This document shows positions 1 to 11,241 of a stretch of 64,000 nucleotides of DNA, piece by piece; position 1 is the stretch's first letter, and every line of letters starts with the position of its first letter. The translations under genes were made by a program, and so were the position numbers. A model generated the notes under the pieces. The model ran no database searches. It saw nothing but the letters and a program-made list of their open reading frames with translations, and was not told the origin of the DNA. The DNA is from Diplonema japonicum (lineage: Eukaryota; Protista; Euglenozoa: Diplonemea), in contig OZ025709.1 in the NCBI GenBank assembly GCA_964019335.1, forward strand, positions 124,001-188,000. The letters are read 5' to 3'.

Positions 1-527
1 GGATTATCCGTTGATGTGTTGAAAGCTAACGATGTCAGTTGTAAGATCTCCACGAACATTGTGACGGCTGTTAAAATGGGGATCATGTCGAAACATATTA
101 CAGGGCAAGGGCTGCATAGTGAGGCTGGTCTTGTCAGCCACTTGCGTCTTACCATCACCACGGCGGCAACGCCTACGATGACGAGGAATGCGTAGAAGAG
201 GAGTAGCATGTCTACGACGATGGCGGTGGTGGAGGCCGTGATGCACAGAACGGGGAAGGTTGTTATGAACAGCCAGAAGAGGATCGCGCCCACGCCCCAT
301 CCTTCCACTTCCTTCACACCCCACCATGCCTCGCCCCCCAGTTCGCATACACACAGCGTGCTGTACATTCTGATGACATGGTAAGGGTGCGCCACAACCG
401 ATACCACTGTCCTTAGAACATTGCTTCCCACGCCCTTCACCGTCGCCATGGACCCGACGATCGACACATACGACGCGCTGTTGTGTACAGGTGGCTCTTG
501 GTCACCAGATCCCTTCCCGAAGTCCAT
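1..527 (-). CDS. Multi-pass membrane protein, unknown function (runs off the window start)
   Basis: Manual translation from ATG 527 is open to position 1 (MDFGKGSGDQEPP...GAILFWLFITTFPVLCITASTTAIVVDMLLLFYAFLVIVGVAAVVMV...), with hydrophobic segments. Absent from the ORF track because there is no stop in the window. Confidence 0.6.
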   Translation of the reverse strand, partial: MDFGKGSGDQEPPVHNSASYVSIVGSMATVKGVGSNVLRTVVSVVAHPYHVIRMYSTLCVCELGGEAWWGVKEVEGWGVGAILFWLFITTFPVLCITASTTAIVVDMLLLFYAFLVIVGVAAVVMVRRKWLTRPASLCSPCPVICFDMIPILTAVTMFVEILQLTSLAFNTSTDN

Positions 528-626
528 ATTTGTGCATTTACCTTTTTCCCCTCCTCCTTTTTTTTATTTATTTATTTATTTTTATTTTGGTGGAGTTGAA
601 AAAAGGAAAAAAAAAAAAAAAAAATC

Positions 627-944
627 TCAATGTACGCCGAGTTCCCGTAGAAGCTCCTTCGGGAGGGGGTTCCCCTCTTCTGTTCCGCACACCTTGCACC
701 ATCGCTTTCCAAAGAACACCCCGCACCCATACGGGCACACTTGTCTGCCGCACGTGTTGCACTGTGTTCCTATGCACAGAGACCGCGGCTCTTCTCTGTC
801 GGGGTCTTCAACGACCCACACGTCTTCTAGGAATTTTATAGAAGAGTGAAACGGAGGAGGGGTGCCGAGGGGCACCTTCAAAGCGGAGGGGACACGGAAC
901 CCGCAAATCGCGCAAACGAACTCTGCCATGTCGGCCCCCTCCAT
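627..944 (-). CDS. CDPF1: Cysteine-rich DPF motif protein (C6_DPF domain)
   Basis: FxCxxC...FLEDVWVVEDP...GTQCNTCGRQVC..GCGVFFGKRWCKVC matches the CDPF1 pattern. Confidence 0.75.
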   Translation of the reverse strand: MEGADMAEFVCAICGFRVPSALKVPLGTPPPFHSSIKFLEDVWVVEDPDREEPRSLCIGTQCNTCGRQVCPYGCGVFFGKRWCKVCGTEEGNPLPKELLRELGVH

Positions 945-995
945 CCTAAGCTAGAAGAAGATGAACAGCTAGAAAAAAAAAAAAAGAAAATGGTG

Positions 996-1553
996 TCAGG
1001 TTTCTAAAAAAAAAGCTGGTATTTGCTGTAAGGGGTATTTCCTTCCCTCCCAGTGGAGCATGGGCGGCTCCCCATCGTCTTCCCAAATGTTTTCCAACCC
1101 CAGCTGCAGGGCAAGGTGGCAGGATATCAAGCCCATAGTTCCTATCTTTGCCGGGTAGTAAACGCGGCCTGCAGAACAGACAGACAACTTCTCTGGCTCA
1201 AAGAGAGCTCGGAGACCCCCACCACCATAGGTGAGGTAATGTTTCCCTGCGGAGTCCTTAGTCAGTTCTGTGTAAGTGATAGGTCGGTCGGAAGGGAGCA
1301 GGAAGTTCAGCTCCCCTTTGCACTTCGAGACCCAAGGGAACTCTGGGTGGAGTCCGGTCTTGTTCTCTCTGACCATCCCGAAGAAAAAATCAAGGAACTT
1401 CTCACCCCGCATGTGTGCGGGTCCCCTAGGCGGTTCCTTCCCCCCTAAAATGTCCTCTTTTCTGATAAGGTGGTACAGGTTGCCGTGGTCATTAGAGTAG
1501 TAGAAATACTCTCTTGGACCCTGGGCAGCCAACGTTCTAAAGTGTCGTAACAT
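996..1553 (-). CDS. UPF0598/C8orf82-like protein (DUF4505), probably mitochondrial
   Basis: REYFYY...FLDFFF...N.TG..PEFPWVS.C.GE.NFL...DRPI.YT.L motifs, and an MLRHFR presequence-like start. Confidence 0.8.
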   Translation of the reverse strand: MLRHFRTLAAQGPREYFYYSNDHGNLYHLIRKEDILGGKEPPRGPAHMRGEKFLDFFFGMVRENKTGLHPEFPWVSKCKGELNFLLPSDRPITYTELTKDSAGKHYLTYGGGGLRALFEPEKLSVCSAGRVYYPAKIGTMGLISCHLALQLGLENIWEDDGEPPMLHWEGRKYPLQQIPAFFLET

Positions 1554-1757
1554 TTTTTTTTTTTTTTTTTTCTTAAAAAAAACCTTCTTCTCAAAAAAAA
1601 AAAAGTTTCAAATGCGGGTGGAAAAAAAAAAAAAAAAAAGTTAAAACCGTAAACACAGCCAGGGAGGGGGGGTGCATTTTTTTTTTTTTTTTTCCTTCTT
1701 TTCTTCTTATCTCACTTTTTCTTTTTTCCCTCTCCCAATTCTTTTATTTTACTACAG

Positions 1758-1795
<38 letters not shown>

Positions 1796-2132
1796 TAGGC
1801 GCCGTGTTCGTATATTCTCAAAAGCTGGCTGTACCAAGTGCATTGAGCGCGTGCAGTCTTGATAACTGGTGTGTGTGAAAAATGTGTTCCTACACCAAAA
1901 TAGGAGAGGGATGTAATTGGGGAGGGGGGAGAGCGGGGAGTGGGGTTTTCACTCAATTTCTTTTTTTTTTTTTTTTTTTTTTTTGAAAAAAGAAAAAGTG
2001 AGACAATAACAAATTTTCTTTTTTTTTTTTCTACCGTCAATAAAAAAAAAAAAAAAAATCTCTTTCTATTATTTTTTTTTCTTCTCTTTTTTTAAAAAAA
2101 AAAAAAAAGAAAAAAAATCTACTCCCTTATCA

Positions 2133-3677
2133 TCATGTCATCTTGACAGGTTTCGGCCGTTTCTTCACCTTCTTCTGCTTCTTATAACGCGTGTCCGTCA
2201 TCTCCGGAATCTCACCTATATAATGCTCGATCGTGCACCTGATACAAGGACCGCAAACCACCGGGAGACAGGAATAGAAACAAGAGAAAAGCCCGCACCT
2301 CCAAGAAGCACAACAACAAGCAGGCCGCTGTCGGTCCCACGTCCCGGTAACAGGCTCCCTCGTTGACGACAAAGCGATGTCATGTATTGAAGAGGAAAGG
2401 TGTTTAAAAGTAACGTTTTGCGGTTTTGCGGGGTGGAGGTGCAGCTCGAAATTCGTGTCTACATCAAAATCAGACCGGACGTTGGAAATTCCCTGATCTT
2501 GACACGACCAAGGACAAGGTATACAGCAACAGTTTAAAATTCTCCACCGCCAGGCAACAGGCGTCAGTTCAGCGTTGACTCTATTAAGGTTAAGCCGCAA
2601 CCCGGAATCGTGCTTCAAAGGTAGATCCCAAGAATTCTCACCGTGAACATCGAATTTTGTTACTTTAACTTGGGAGAGAAGCCCGAAAATACATGTTGCA
2701 CAACATAAGGCCCCGCCGGTGCTGCATGGTTCCGCAAGAACAACGACAGAGCTGTCGACCGATTTGTCCTCACCATCCGCACCTTCTTCGGCAAGCGGTT
2801 TTGTCTCGAGATGTTCCTTTGCTGCGAGTATTAACCTTTCCAGAACCTCTTTTTTTTCACGGTTGAATGTTTTTCGGTCTTTTCTGAGTTCCGTTCCAAC
2901 GTCCATTGTCTTGTTTTCAAATACGTCAGCATATGGGGACAAACGATTCCGCGTGATTAGAAGTTCATCGTCGTTGCTCTCCTCTTCCCAGTCTTGCGCC
3001 CACAAGGCAATTTCATCAGTTCTTGTGATTACAGGGGGTTGTTCGGTTTTTTCGTCGTTGGGCATGGTTTCGTGTCCGGTTATGTACCGTCTGCCTGTGC
3101 ACCATGTTGCACGGTCGCCTTGAGGGGTTATCCACGGGTCGTTGTAGGCAGTGTAGTATCTACGTTGTTCTTTTTCAGACTCGAAGTCGTCCTTGTCGTC
3201 GTCGAGGTCTCCTTGGATTACGCCGCCTTGCTGCCTCGCTTCGTTTCTTGCGGCTTTTGACTCTGCTTTCCATGATATCCCGTAAATATCTATCTCGTCC
3301 TGATCGATGTCTTGATATGTGAGGTCGTGTTTCTGTGGGGGGGGAGGGGAGAGGAAGTGAAAAAAAAAGAAAAAAAATTATTTTTTTTTTTTTTGATACA
3401 CACCTGGGGGTTTTCCGATCTTAAGGGTGGTCCCATGATTTGTATTTCTTCTTCTTCTGCTTCATGTTGGGCCAAACCTTCCTTTTTTTTTTTTTTTTTT
3501 TTTTTCCCCGAAAAAAAAAAAAAAAAAAACCTGCAGTAGATCTGGCTGCATCATGAACAATTCTACTATTTCGTTGCACCCCAAACCCTGTACAAGCAGT
3601 GCCTCCAGTAGCCGCTCATCTTCGTTCGGGAGGATCTCCTTGAGGATCAAGAGTTCTGCATCCAGGGCTCCTGACAT
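2133..3677 (-). CDS. Hypothetical protein with a CUE-like N-terminus and Cys-rich C-terminal segments; exons 3677-3531, 3481-3404, 3332-2133
   Basis: Two GT-AG introns join the 3677 ORF (LKEILPNEDERLLEALL, CUE-like) in frame to the 310-aa ORF with no stops. Confidence 0.65.
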
Positions 3678-3887
3678 TTTCTCCCCCCTCCTTTTTTTTT
3701 TTTTGTTATTTCGTGAAGGAACGGGGGAAGAAAAAAAAAAAGGGAAAGATTGAAGTTTGAGAGGGGGTTTCGGGCGAAAGAGATTCCTTTTGTTTCCTTT
3801 TCTTTTTTTTTTTTTCTCTTACCCATGGATTTTGCATTGTGATTCCTACTTATTCACTGCCAAAAAAAAACGGTCGACTAACTGATT

Positions 3888-3933
<46 letters not shown>

Positions 3934-4120
3934 CCTTCTCTCCTTCGGAGTACGTTGGGATGTAAAGCATAAAAATAAAATAAAATAAAATAAAAATAAG
4001 AAGAATAAAAAAAAATCTTTTTTTAAAAGAAAACCCCGAATAAACTTCGGTGTGCGGAGTGGGTGCTCACCGAAATCTAACAGAAAAAAAGAAAGAAAGA
4101 AAAGAACACTATGCTGGGGT

Positions 4121-4173
<53 letters not shown>

Positions 4174-4387
4174 AAAATGTCACCCTTTTCTTCCCCCAAT
4201 TTAGTATTTACTATTTTTTCCTTCTTTCTTACTTTCTTTTTTTTTTTTTTTTTCCTTCTCGTCATCGGAAAAAAAAAGAAAAAAAAAAAAAAACTGTTGA
4301 TATTCTTTCCTAGACAGCTTTTTTATTTTCCTTTTATTTTATAATTCCCCATTTTGAGAACTTCTTGCTATAGAAAAAAATTTTTTT

Positions 4388-4427
<40 letters not shown>

Positions 4428-4577
4428 CGACAATCCCACTTGAGGACAGCCTCTATGTAAAAAAAAAAAGAGATATAATACAACAAAAAAAAAAAACTAT
4501 TCTTGTTAAGGTATGCGTTTTTGCGCACCGGCCGGTGCTGCGCTTACGAAATATAAAAAAAGAATAATAAAAAAAAA

Positions 4578-4611
<34 letters not shown>

Positions 4612-4672
4612 CCCAGTTCAAATTGAGAAACGACAAATCACACTTTTTTTTTTTCCCCCCCACCTCTCTCAA

Positions 4673-5244
4673 TCACTTCCAAGGCCCCCATTTTTGCCTC
4701 ACCCCTTCATATTCCTGCCACCGTTGTGTCGGTTCACGGCTCCTATCCACCTTGTCCCCAAGAGGCATGACCCCAACTGAGGGGGTGATCCTGTAAATCT
4801 TGGCACCAAGACCTTCAACTGTGGCATCGAAGGTGGAGTTGAATGAACCAAGCGGCGTTTTTTCCGTCAGGTCCATTACATCAAAGAAGGAAGCAGTCGG
4901 AAGCCCCAGCGTTTTGAAGGACAGAGTGGACACAATTGTCCCGTTAAGGCAAGGCGGGTCGGCGACCCTAGGAAGCCCACACATAATGTTGAAAACGGAA
5001 ACGTAGCGGGAGGAAGACCCGTACGAGGCGGAGTTAGCGATCCAAACAATAGTGAAATTGTCGCGGAAGTGCTGCACAGGGTTGCGGATGTCCAAGTGAG
5101 CTTCGAGGAGGAAATCGTTCTAAAATAATAATAAATTTTTTTGTTTCCCCACACACATACATTCAACAGCCCCAATGTGTAATCACTCACACCGCACGCA
5201 AATTTCGAGTTCGGGTCACATGTTGCAGGCTGATGTGGGTATTT

Positions 5245-5275
<31 letters not shown>

Positions 5276-6265
5276 ATATACATTTCTTATATCCCCCCCG
5301 AACATCAACGGGGACTGAACAGTGATGTGCAGAGTGAGAATTGACATCTGGCAAGGGGGCCAGAATTTCCACCTGAGAGGCAGCTCCGCCTGACCATGCA
5401 TCTTACCAAACGGAAGCTTATCCATATTGATGTAGAAACCCTTGTCAGATCCCGCCAGATAGGCCAGATCAGCGGCGTACTGAAAATGCGGGAAAAACTC
5501 GTGCCAGTTCGCGTAAAAGTCAGTAGTGACGCGGGCCATGGTGGAAACGGTTTTTGCGAACTCGATTTTGTCGGCTGTGCAGCTGTCACCGGGAGAGAGC
5601 GACACAATAAACCCCCTTGAACTCGCGTTGAGCTCCTTTTGGAAGAGCTCCAAATCCTCCGGTGCCATGTTGTCCCCAAAAACACAGTCAATTGTCAAAT
5701 AGTCCAGCTCCCACTCTTCCCACAATTCCACCAATGACTTGTAATATGCCACACCACCAGGATGAGAAGTGTTAATTCTTGCCACATCAGGGTTCCACCC
5801 GCACGCAGGGAAAATGTGGCCTTTACCCCCAAACGCGATTTCGTCGGCAGTGTAAGAAGTTCCTTTTATGGGAACCTTTCGTACAATGGCTTCATTGGGG
5901 ATTCCTAATGTGACCCAAAGACCCATTTTTAAACCCCTCTGGTGGACTTGGTCAGATACGGGTTTCCAAGACCCCTTCAAAGAGGGGTACACCGACGCCA
6001 TTGGAACAGGCCTTCCGAACTCATCCATATCATTGACAGAGCCGTTCTGATACCACCCTCCATCAACACAGAAATAGTTGTACCCGTGGGGTAGTATATA
6101 CTCCTGCATGCCGTTCATCAGATTGATCAAAGTGGGGTAGTCGGGGGTGCCATACACATCTGTGCCATTCCCGAAGTCGTATGAGTTCCAGCCTTTAGGC
6201 GGCTGCTTCGGGTGTAGGATCACACCTATGGCCATGAGCAAGGCGCTGGTGGAGAGGGACAACAT
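4673..6265 (-). CDS. Glycoside hydrolase family 27 (alpha-galactosidase-like), secreted; exons 6265-5282, 5229-5161, 5119-4673
   Basis: Signal peptide, PPKGWNSYD, YFCVDGGW, VHQRGLKMGLW, LDYLTIDC and SPLMFGGD motifs. Two GT-AG introns restore the frame. Confidence 0.85.
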
Positions 6266-6333
6266 TTTTTTTTGTTTTTTTTTTTCTCTTCTCCTCCCCC
6301 CCCCCCCTACTTTGTTGTTGTCTTTTTTCTCTT

Positions 6334-6375
<42 letters not shown>

Positions 6376-6380
<5 letters not shown>

Positions 6381-6487
6381 ACTGGCCGTTGTTTGTACGT
6401 GCCGGGTAAAACCTGGAGAAGTTTTTGTCAACCCGAAACACGTTGCCAACGTTCCCCTTTTGTTTAGACAAGTAAAGACTCGTTCTT

Positions 6488-6489
<2 letters not shown>
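6376..6489. repeat. Short dispersed repeat (family D); internally deleted copy at 46319-46379
   Basis: GAGGAACTGGCCGTTGTTTG...TTTTGTTTAGACAAGT(T)AAAGACTCGTTCTTGC followed by an A-run at both loci. Imperfect internal inverted repeat 6378-6455. Confidence 0.65.
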
Positions 6490-6524
<35 letters not shown>

Positions 6525-6562
6525 TTCTGGTACAGGTTAGTAGTTATCGCTAGCGCTGCAAG

Positions 6563-6598
<36 letters not shown>

Positions 6599-6692
6599 TG
6601 AGATAAAAAAAAAAAGGAGGCTTCGTGTCTACCTGGGCCTTTTCTCTTCTTCTTTTTTTTTTTTTTTTTTTTTCCCCGGCTGTGTTCTTTAA

Positions 6693-8500
6693 CCATCTAT
6701 CAACGAGCGTCTATATATAGACGATTTGAAAAAAAATCTTTTACGCAAAGGGCTTTCAATGCAATACGGCCCGGCCCTTTCTTGCCGGCGGGGTCCTGCG
6801 CGGAAAATATGAAAAAAATAAACTAAATGCTGCCCTAACTTAACAAGAAAATGAAAAAATGAAAAAAAACGCCAGCCCAAATTTACCCTTAAAAATCACT
6901 TCAAAAAAAGGCGCCCGGAAAGAGGGCCGGAAGAGGACGTCATGAGTGATGGCAGCACTGATGGCTCATCCCTATTATGCAATTTTGATACAAACAGTGA
7001 TTCTGATACGAATTCGACCGATTCCTAGTCACAGCAGGGTGATTGGACGGCAAAGCCGGAGCAGTTGGAAGGCATCCGGTTTCGTGAAGATCGAAATCCT
7101 TGTGGACCCTGTTTTGACATCAAAGGCTCAATGCCATACCATATATTCTCCAAATGCTCGTCCCAAACGTTATTCGGGTCATAACTTGGAACAATGTGGC
7201 AAATGCGGCTAAAAAAGGTGTCTCCCTGGATCTCGATGCTGCTTCTCTGCATGCCTTCCTAGGTGTCCTTTTGTCGATGGACTTGGATATCAAGCCAGAT
7301 TATTCTGATTACTGGCACACTGGCTCCACGTCTCTCAACTACACCCCTGGGTACGCCAATGTCATGTCAAGAGACCGCTTTTTGACTATTCTGGGAAATC
7401 TGTGTTTCCACAGCGAAACAAACAAGCGTGCTGACTTCTACTTATCGCAAAGGCCTCCCGGAGATCATGGATGCCCCAAAGAAGCGAGGCCGCATGCCAA
7501 GGACGCGCATCCCGTGGGGACACCCAGTTCCACCAGCACGCGAGCATCCTTTGCACCACAACGTGGCATGACATCATGCCAGCGTGCTTTCTATCGACGT
7601 TGGATGTTCCGGTGAAGTCGAATTTGACGTGTCCGCCAAAAGAGAATGAAAGCCGGAAAGGACATCCCGCCCCCCACCAAGTGCATATTTACAACACCGC
7701 AATGGGCGGAACCGACGCTGGGTGATGCTGTGACAAAACACCATAAACGCTCCCTTATGACTTAAAAGTGGCCCCTAAAAGTATTTTTGTACTTGTTAGG
7801 TAAATCTCTGGCGAATGCTTGGCTTGTTTGGAAAGAAGCCTTGCCCCCCAACGCCCTGAGTACGAACGACAGTGGATTTACGCCTTTCAAAGAGGCAGTC
7901 ATCGAAGGGCTACTAGGGAGGCAGTCTAAACAACAGATAAAGTCAACTACAGAGCAGGCCGCCCCAATACCATGCCCCGAAACACAGAACGAGTGCTCTG
8001 AGACCCCAATGCGCCGTGACAGTACCTTCTGGGACCATTTCCCCGAAAAAGTAGTGCAACGTGCGGTGCAAGCATTGCAAGTCGAAAAGACCCCTATTTC
8101 AGTGTTCAGCCTGCTTGGTACAACTTTGCGTGACTCCGTGCTTCAAAGACTACCACCTTGCCGGGGATACCCCCCAGAAACCCCTCCCGGGGTCAAAAAA
8201 GAAGTCCCCCAGCCCTGGGGCACATACGAACCGCGTCAAGAAGGCCTTAAATAGCTTTTTATAGAATTTTACAGTCGGTTTTTTTTGACTTGTTTTTTGT
8301 ATCCCCTCTCGGGCACTTCAGGAACGATATTTTTGACAATGTTGTGGGGGTGGACCCTGCTGTGGGCACCCTCTCTCTAGAATTGGGACATCTGGAGGCA
8401 TTTCCGGGGGCATATAGCCCCGGCGTTGCGCTGGAATAGCTTTTTTTGAAGTTTTGAAAATTTACCCCCTGGTGGGCAAAAATGGTCCGTTGGTAGATGG
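6693..8500 (+). mobile_element. piggyBac-family DNA transposon, non-autonomous (decayed, internally deleted transposase), copy 1
   Basis: TTAA at 6689-6692 and 8501-8504; TIR CCATCTA(T/C)CAACG. Transposase fragments AFLGVLLSM..DYW..MSRDRFLTILGNLCF, YNTAMGGTD, KWPLKVFLYLL..NAWLVW and the C-terminal CxxC..CxxC..C..CF..YH domain, split by stops and frameshifts. Confidence 0.92.
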
Positions 8501-8585
8501 TTAAAAATAAAAAATAAAAATAAAATAAAAAAAACCCCCCCTTTCTTCAACGAAGGGGCGGTTCTCTTCTTTCTCCCCTCCAACA

Positions 8586-9386
8586 TCATTCTGTCCAGGG
8601 GTAAGACGGATGAAGGTTTCCACGAATCTCATGCTCCAGTTCAAGAATAGGTTCTTGCGTGTCCAAGTCTACAATTGAAAACGTTCTGAAAGCATGGGAT
8701 GAGGCCACATCGCCCTCTGAGAGGCTAGAGTCCACGTGTACAAAACGAGGATTCACCTCGACAAGCTTCAGCGCTTCGCAGCGCCGAAACGTATCTAGAA
8801 CATCAGGTGTGTAAAAACAAAAATGCTCCCCGTTTGTAGGGGCCGGGGAATCCGTTTCAAAAAATGTCAGGTTTTGACAATTGTGGGGTCCCGCCTTCAC
8901 ACAGCACCGCGCATCGGCCTCCTCGACCGCGAACCGGAAAACATTTTTGTAAAACCTTGCGATCTTCGGGCTTGTTCCCCACGGTACCTCAACCGTGCAT
9001 TGAACAATACCATGGGGATAGCCTTCTCCAGTTTTCGACCCTGTTCTGGTACCCTTGCTTTCCATTTCCCCCTTCGATACCATAAACTTGAATAAGTTAC
9101 CTCCCGGGCCTGTGACGCAGCCGTCATGGGCAACGTCGTACCCTTCAGATCGGACAGCTTCTGTTTTTTTTTCTATGTCGGCCTGGTTTCGGTATCCGAT
9201 CGCCACCGTTCCCCTCCATTTTTGTCCTTCGCCCACGGGGAGGTGGAATTGGGTCACCGCACCGCAGTTCATGTGAAGCGTGCTCTCGGGTCCCCTCGCC
9301 GCTTTGACACACCCGAGCAATTCGAAAAATCTTTGGGCAACCTGTGCATCTGTGACCTCGATGTTTACGTGTTCAAGGAGCAACAT
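8586..9386 (-). CDS. VOC/glyoxalase-fold protein (two-domain)
   Basis: LLEHVNI.V.D...A.RFF.LLG, QFHLP, IARFY..VF and GEHFCFY motifs; intronless. Confidence 0.7.
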   Translation of the reverse strand: MLLLEHVNIEVTDAQVAQRFFELLGCVKAARGPESTLHMNCGAVTQFHLPVGEGQKWRGTVAIGYRNQADIEKKTEAVRSEGYDVAHDGCVTGPGGNLFKFMVSKGEMESKGTRTGSKTGEGYPHGIVQCTVEVPWGTSPKIARFYKNVFRFAVEEADARCCVKAGPHNCQNLTFFETDSPAPTNGEHFCFYTPDVLDTFRRCEALKLVEVNPRFVHVDSSLSEGDVASSHAFRTFSIVDLDTQEPILELEHEIRGNLHPSYPWTE

Positions 9387-10874
9387 TTTTTTTTTTTTTT
9401 TTGGCCCTTTTTTTTTTTTTTTTTGGATTTTTCAAAAAAGTTCGAAGAAAAAAAAAAAGAAAAAAAAAAAACTCGATAAAAAAAAAATTCAGTGTGTGTG
9501 TGTGGGCATAGCAAAATGCCACATCCTCCACTTCACCCCCCCCCCCCCCCCCCCCCTCTCCCCCCACACACAATATCGGAAAAGCGAATAAAAAAATAAA
9601 GACTACAAAAAATTGTAAACATTGGGGAACTATTCATGTTCTTTCTTTTCCCTCCCCCCTTTTTTCTTTCCCTTTTTCACCTAACACGAGGTACTAAACT
9701 GGCCATATTGCACACATAATGAATGTCTTGTACCAAGGTGGGTCTTCCTCTGACCTACACAATGATTCAAAAAAAAAAAAAAAATTGCCTGGTGGGAAAA
9801 TGCAACATGAAACCTTTGTGAAGCATCGCCCCGAAGCCTCCCAAGCCCCCGTGGTCTGGTGAAGAGTAAATGGGGGAAGAAAAAAAATGATTTCTTTGTG
9901 TGTCTTTTTTTTTTTGTTGTTCGGCACTTAGTTGCATTAGGTAATATAAACCATTTTTTTTTTTTTTTTGAAAAAAAAGAAAAAAAAGGCCTCCAACCGA
10001 CAAAGGAGAGCAACACAAAAAAAAAAAAAAAAAAAAAAATTGAAGGAACAGAACAAGCAATTAAGAAGTTTGAAAATATCACAAAAAGAAAACTTTTTTA
10101 TTTCTTCTTCCCCGTGGTAAGCCAGTGATGACCGGTCTCAGGACGGGGAAGTGCAGCAAAAAGAACGCAACGACCTCTCTATATGTGGGTACCCTCGCGG
10201 TCCCTGAGACACCCACTAGTTCTCAAGTTATGTGGATTCCAAGCCAGCACTTGCCCTCTGAGACATTCTCTCGTTATTGCAGCTTCTCCTTCATTCCACT
10301 GGTATCTGATGTATTCTTTCTTTTTTTTTTCTTTTCTTTTCTTTTTTTTTTTCGTTATTTCTTCAGCTGACCTACCTTGGGTATGTCACTGGTATGCATG
10401 GGGAGTTCATTACCCATTTCTTTTTTGAGTGAAAGAGGGGGAGGGGAAAAGGGGAGGGGGAGGTAACAACCACAAACGTTTACAGTTTCTAAACTTTAAC
10501 AGTTTTTCTTTCTTTCTTTTTTTATTTTTATTTTTTTATTATTTATAAATATAAATATAATTGTTCACTACCCATTTAAAAAAAAAAAGAGGAAATTACT
10601 GTAAATCCAGGGGAAAAAAAAAATCAATCATTGTGCCCCAAGCCCATCGCCACCCGGCTGCCACATCAGCTCAAGTGCAGGGTGGCCTCAGTTTCAGCTG
10701 AAAAAAAGCTTGGCCATACACAAAAAAAAAGTTTTTTTTGGTGGATTACAGTACCCCCCTTTTTTTTTTCCTTATCGGGCTTTTATTCGTTTTTTTTTTC
10801 TTCCTCCTTTTTTTTTTTTTTTTTCTTCCTCCTTCAGTGTCGGTGGCGCACTGCACATAGAAAGAAAAAAAAAA

Positions 10875-10918
10875 GAGACATTTAAGGGTACCTGCGGTAT
10901 GTGACAGGACGCCTGAAG
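10875..10918 (-). repeat. Family A hairpin-oligo(T) dispersed repeat; other copies start at 42045, 45987, 47315 (variant) and 49477
   Basis: Plus strand (A)n-GAGACATTTAAGGGTACCTGCGGTATGTG(G/A)CAGGACGC recurs five times, with a CCTGC/GCAGG stem. Confidence 0.85.
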
Positions 10919-11241
10919 AAAAGAAAAGGAGAAAGAGGAGCCGCTATCTATAGAAAAGAAATATAGAGATAAAAAAAAAGGAGGCCAGTTGGTCAGCGCC
11001 CAGTTGAAAGAAATGTTTTTCCTTTTTTTTGCTTTTTTTTTTAAAGTTAGTATTCGCCTCTTAACGCAAGGGAGGCAGAATACGTTAGCATGAACACAAT
11101 ATAGAAAATGTGATGATTATATATAAATAAAAAAAAATTTCTTTTTTTTGTTAACCCCTAAAATTACATAAAAAAAGAGAAAACATACAATAAAAAAAAA
11201 GGGGGGGAAGAAACTTTTTTTTTTCTTCTTTTTTCCCCGCC

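Noticed and set aside
6942-8264. Programmed frameshifting or readthrough to make an active piggyBac transposase
   Set aside because: Multiple stops and frameshifts plus the missing central catalytic region indicate decay, not recoding.
10190-10417. Possible small spliced gene (MGNELPMHTSDIPK...)
   Set aside because: The plausible splice choices give early stops, and I recognised no homology.
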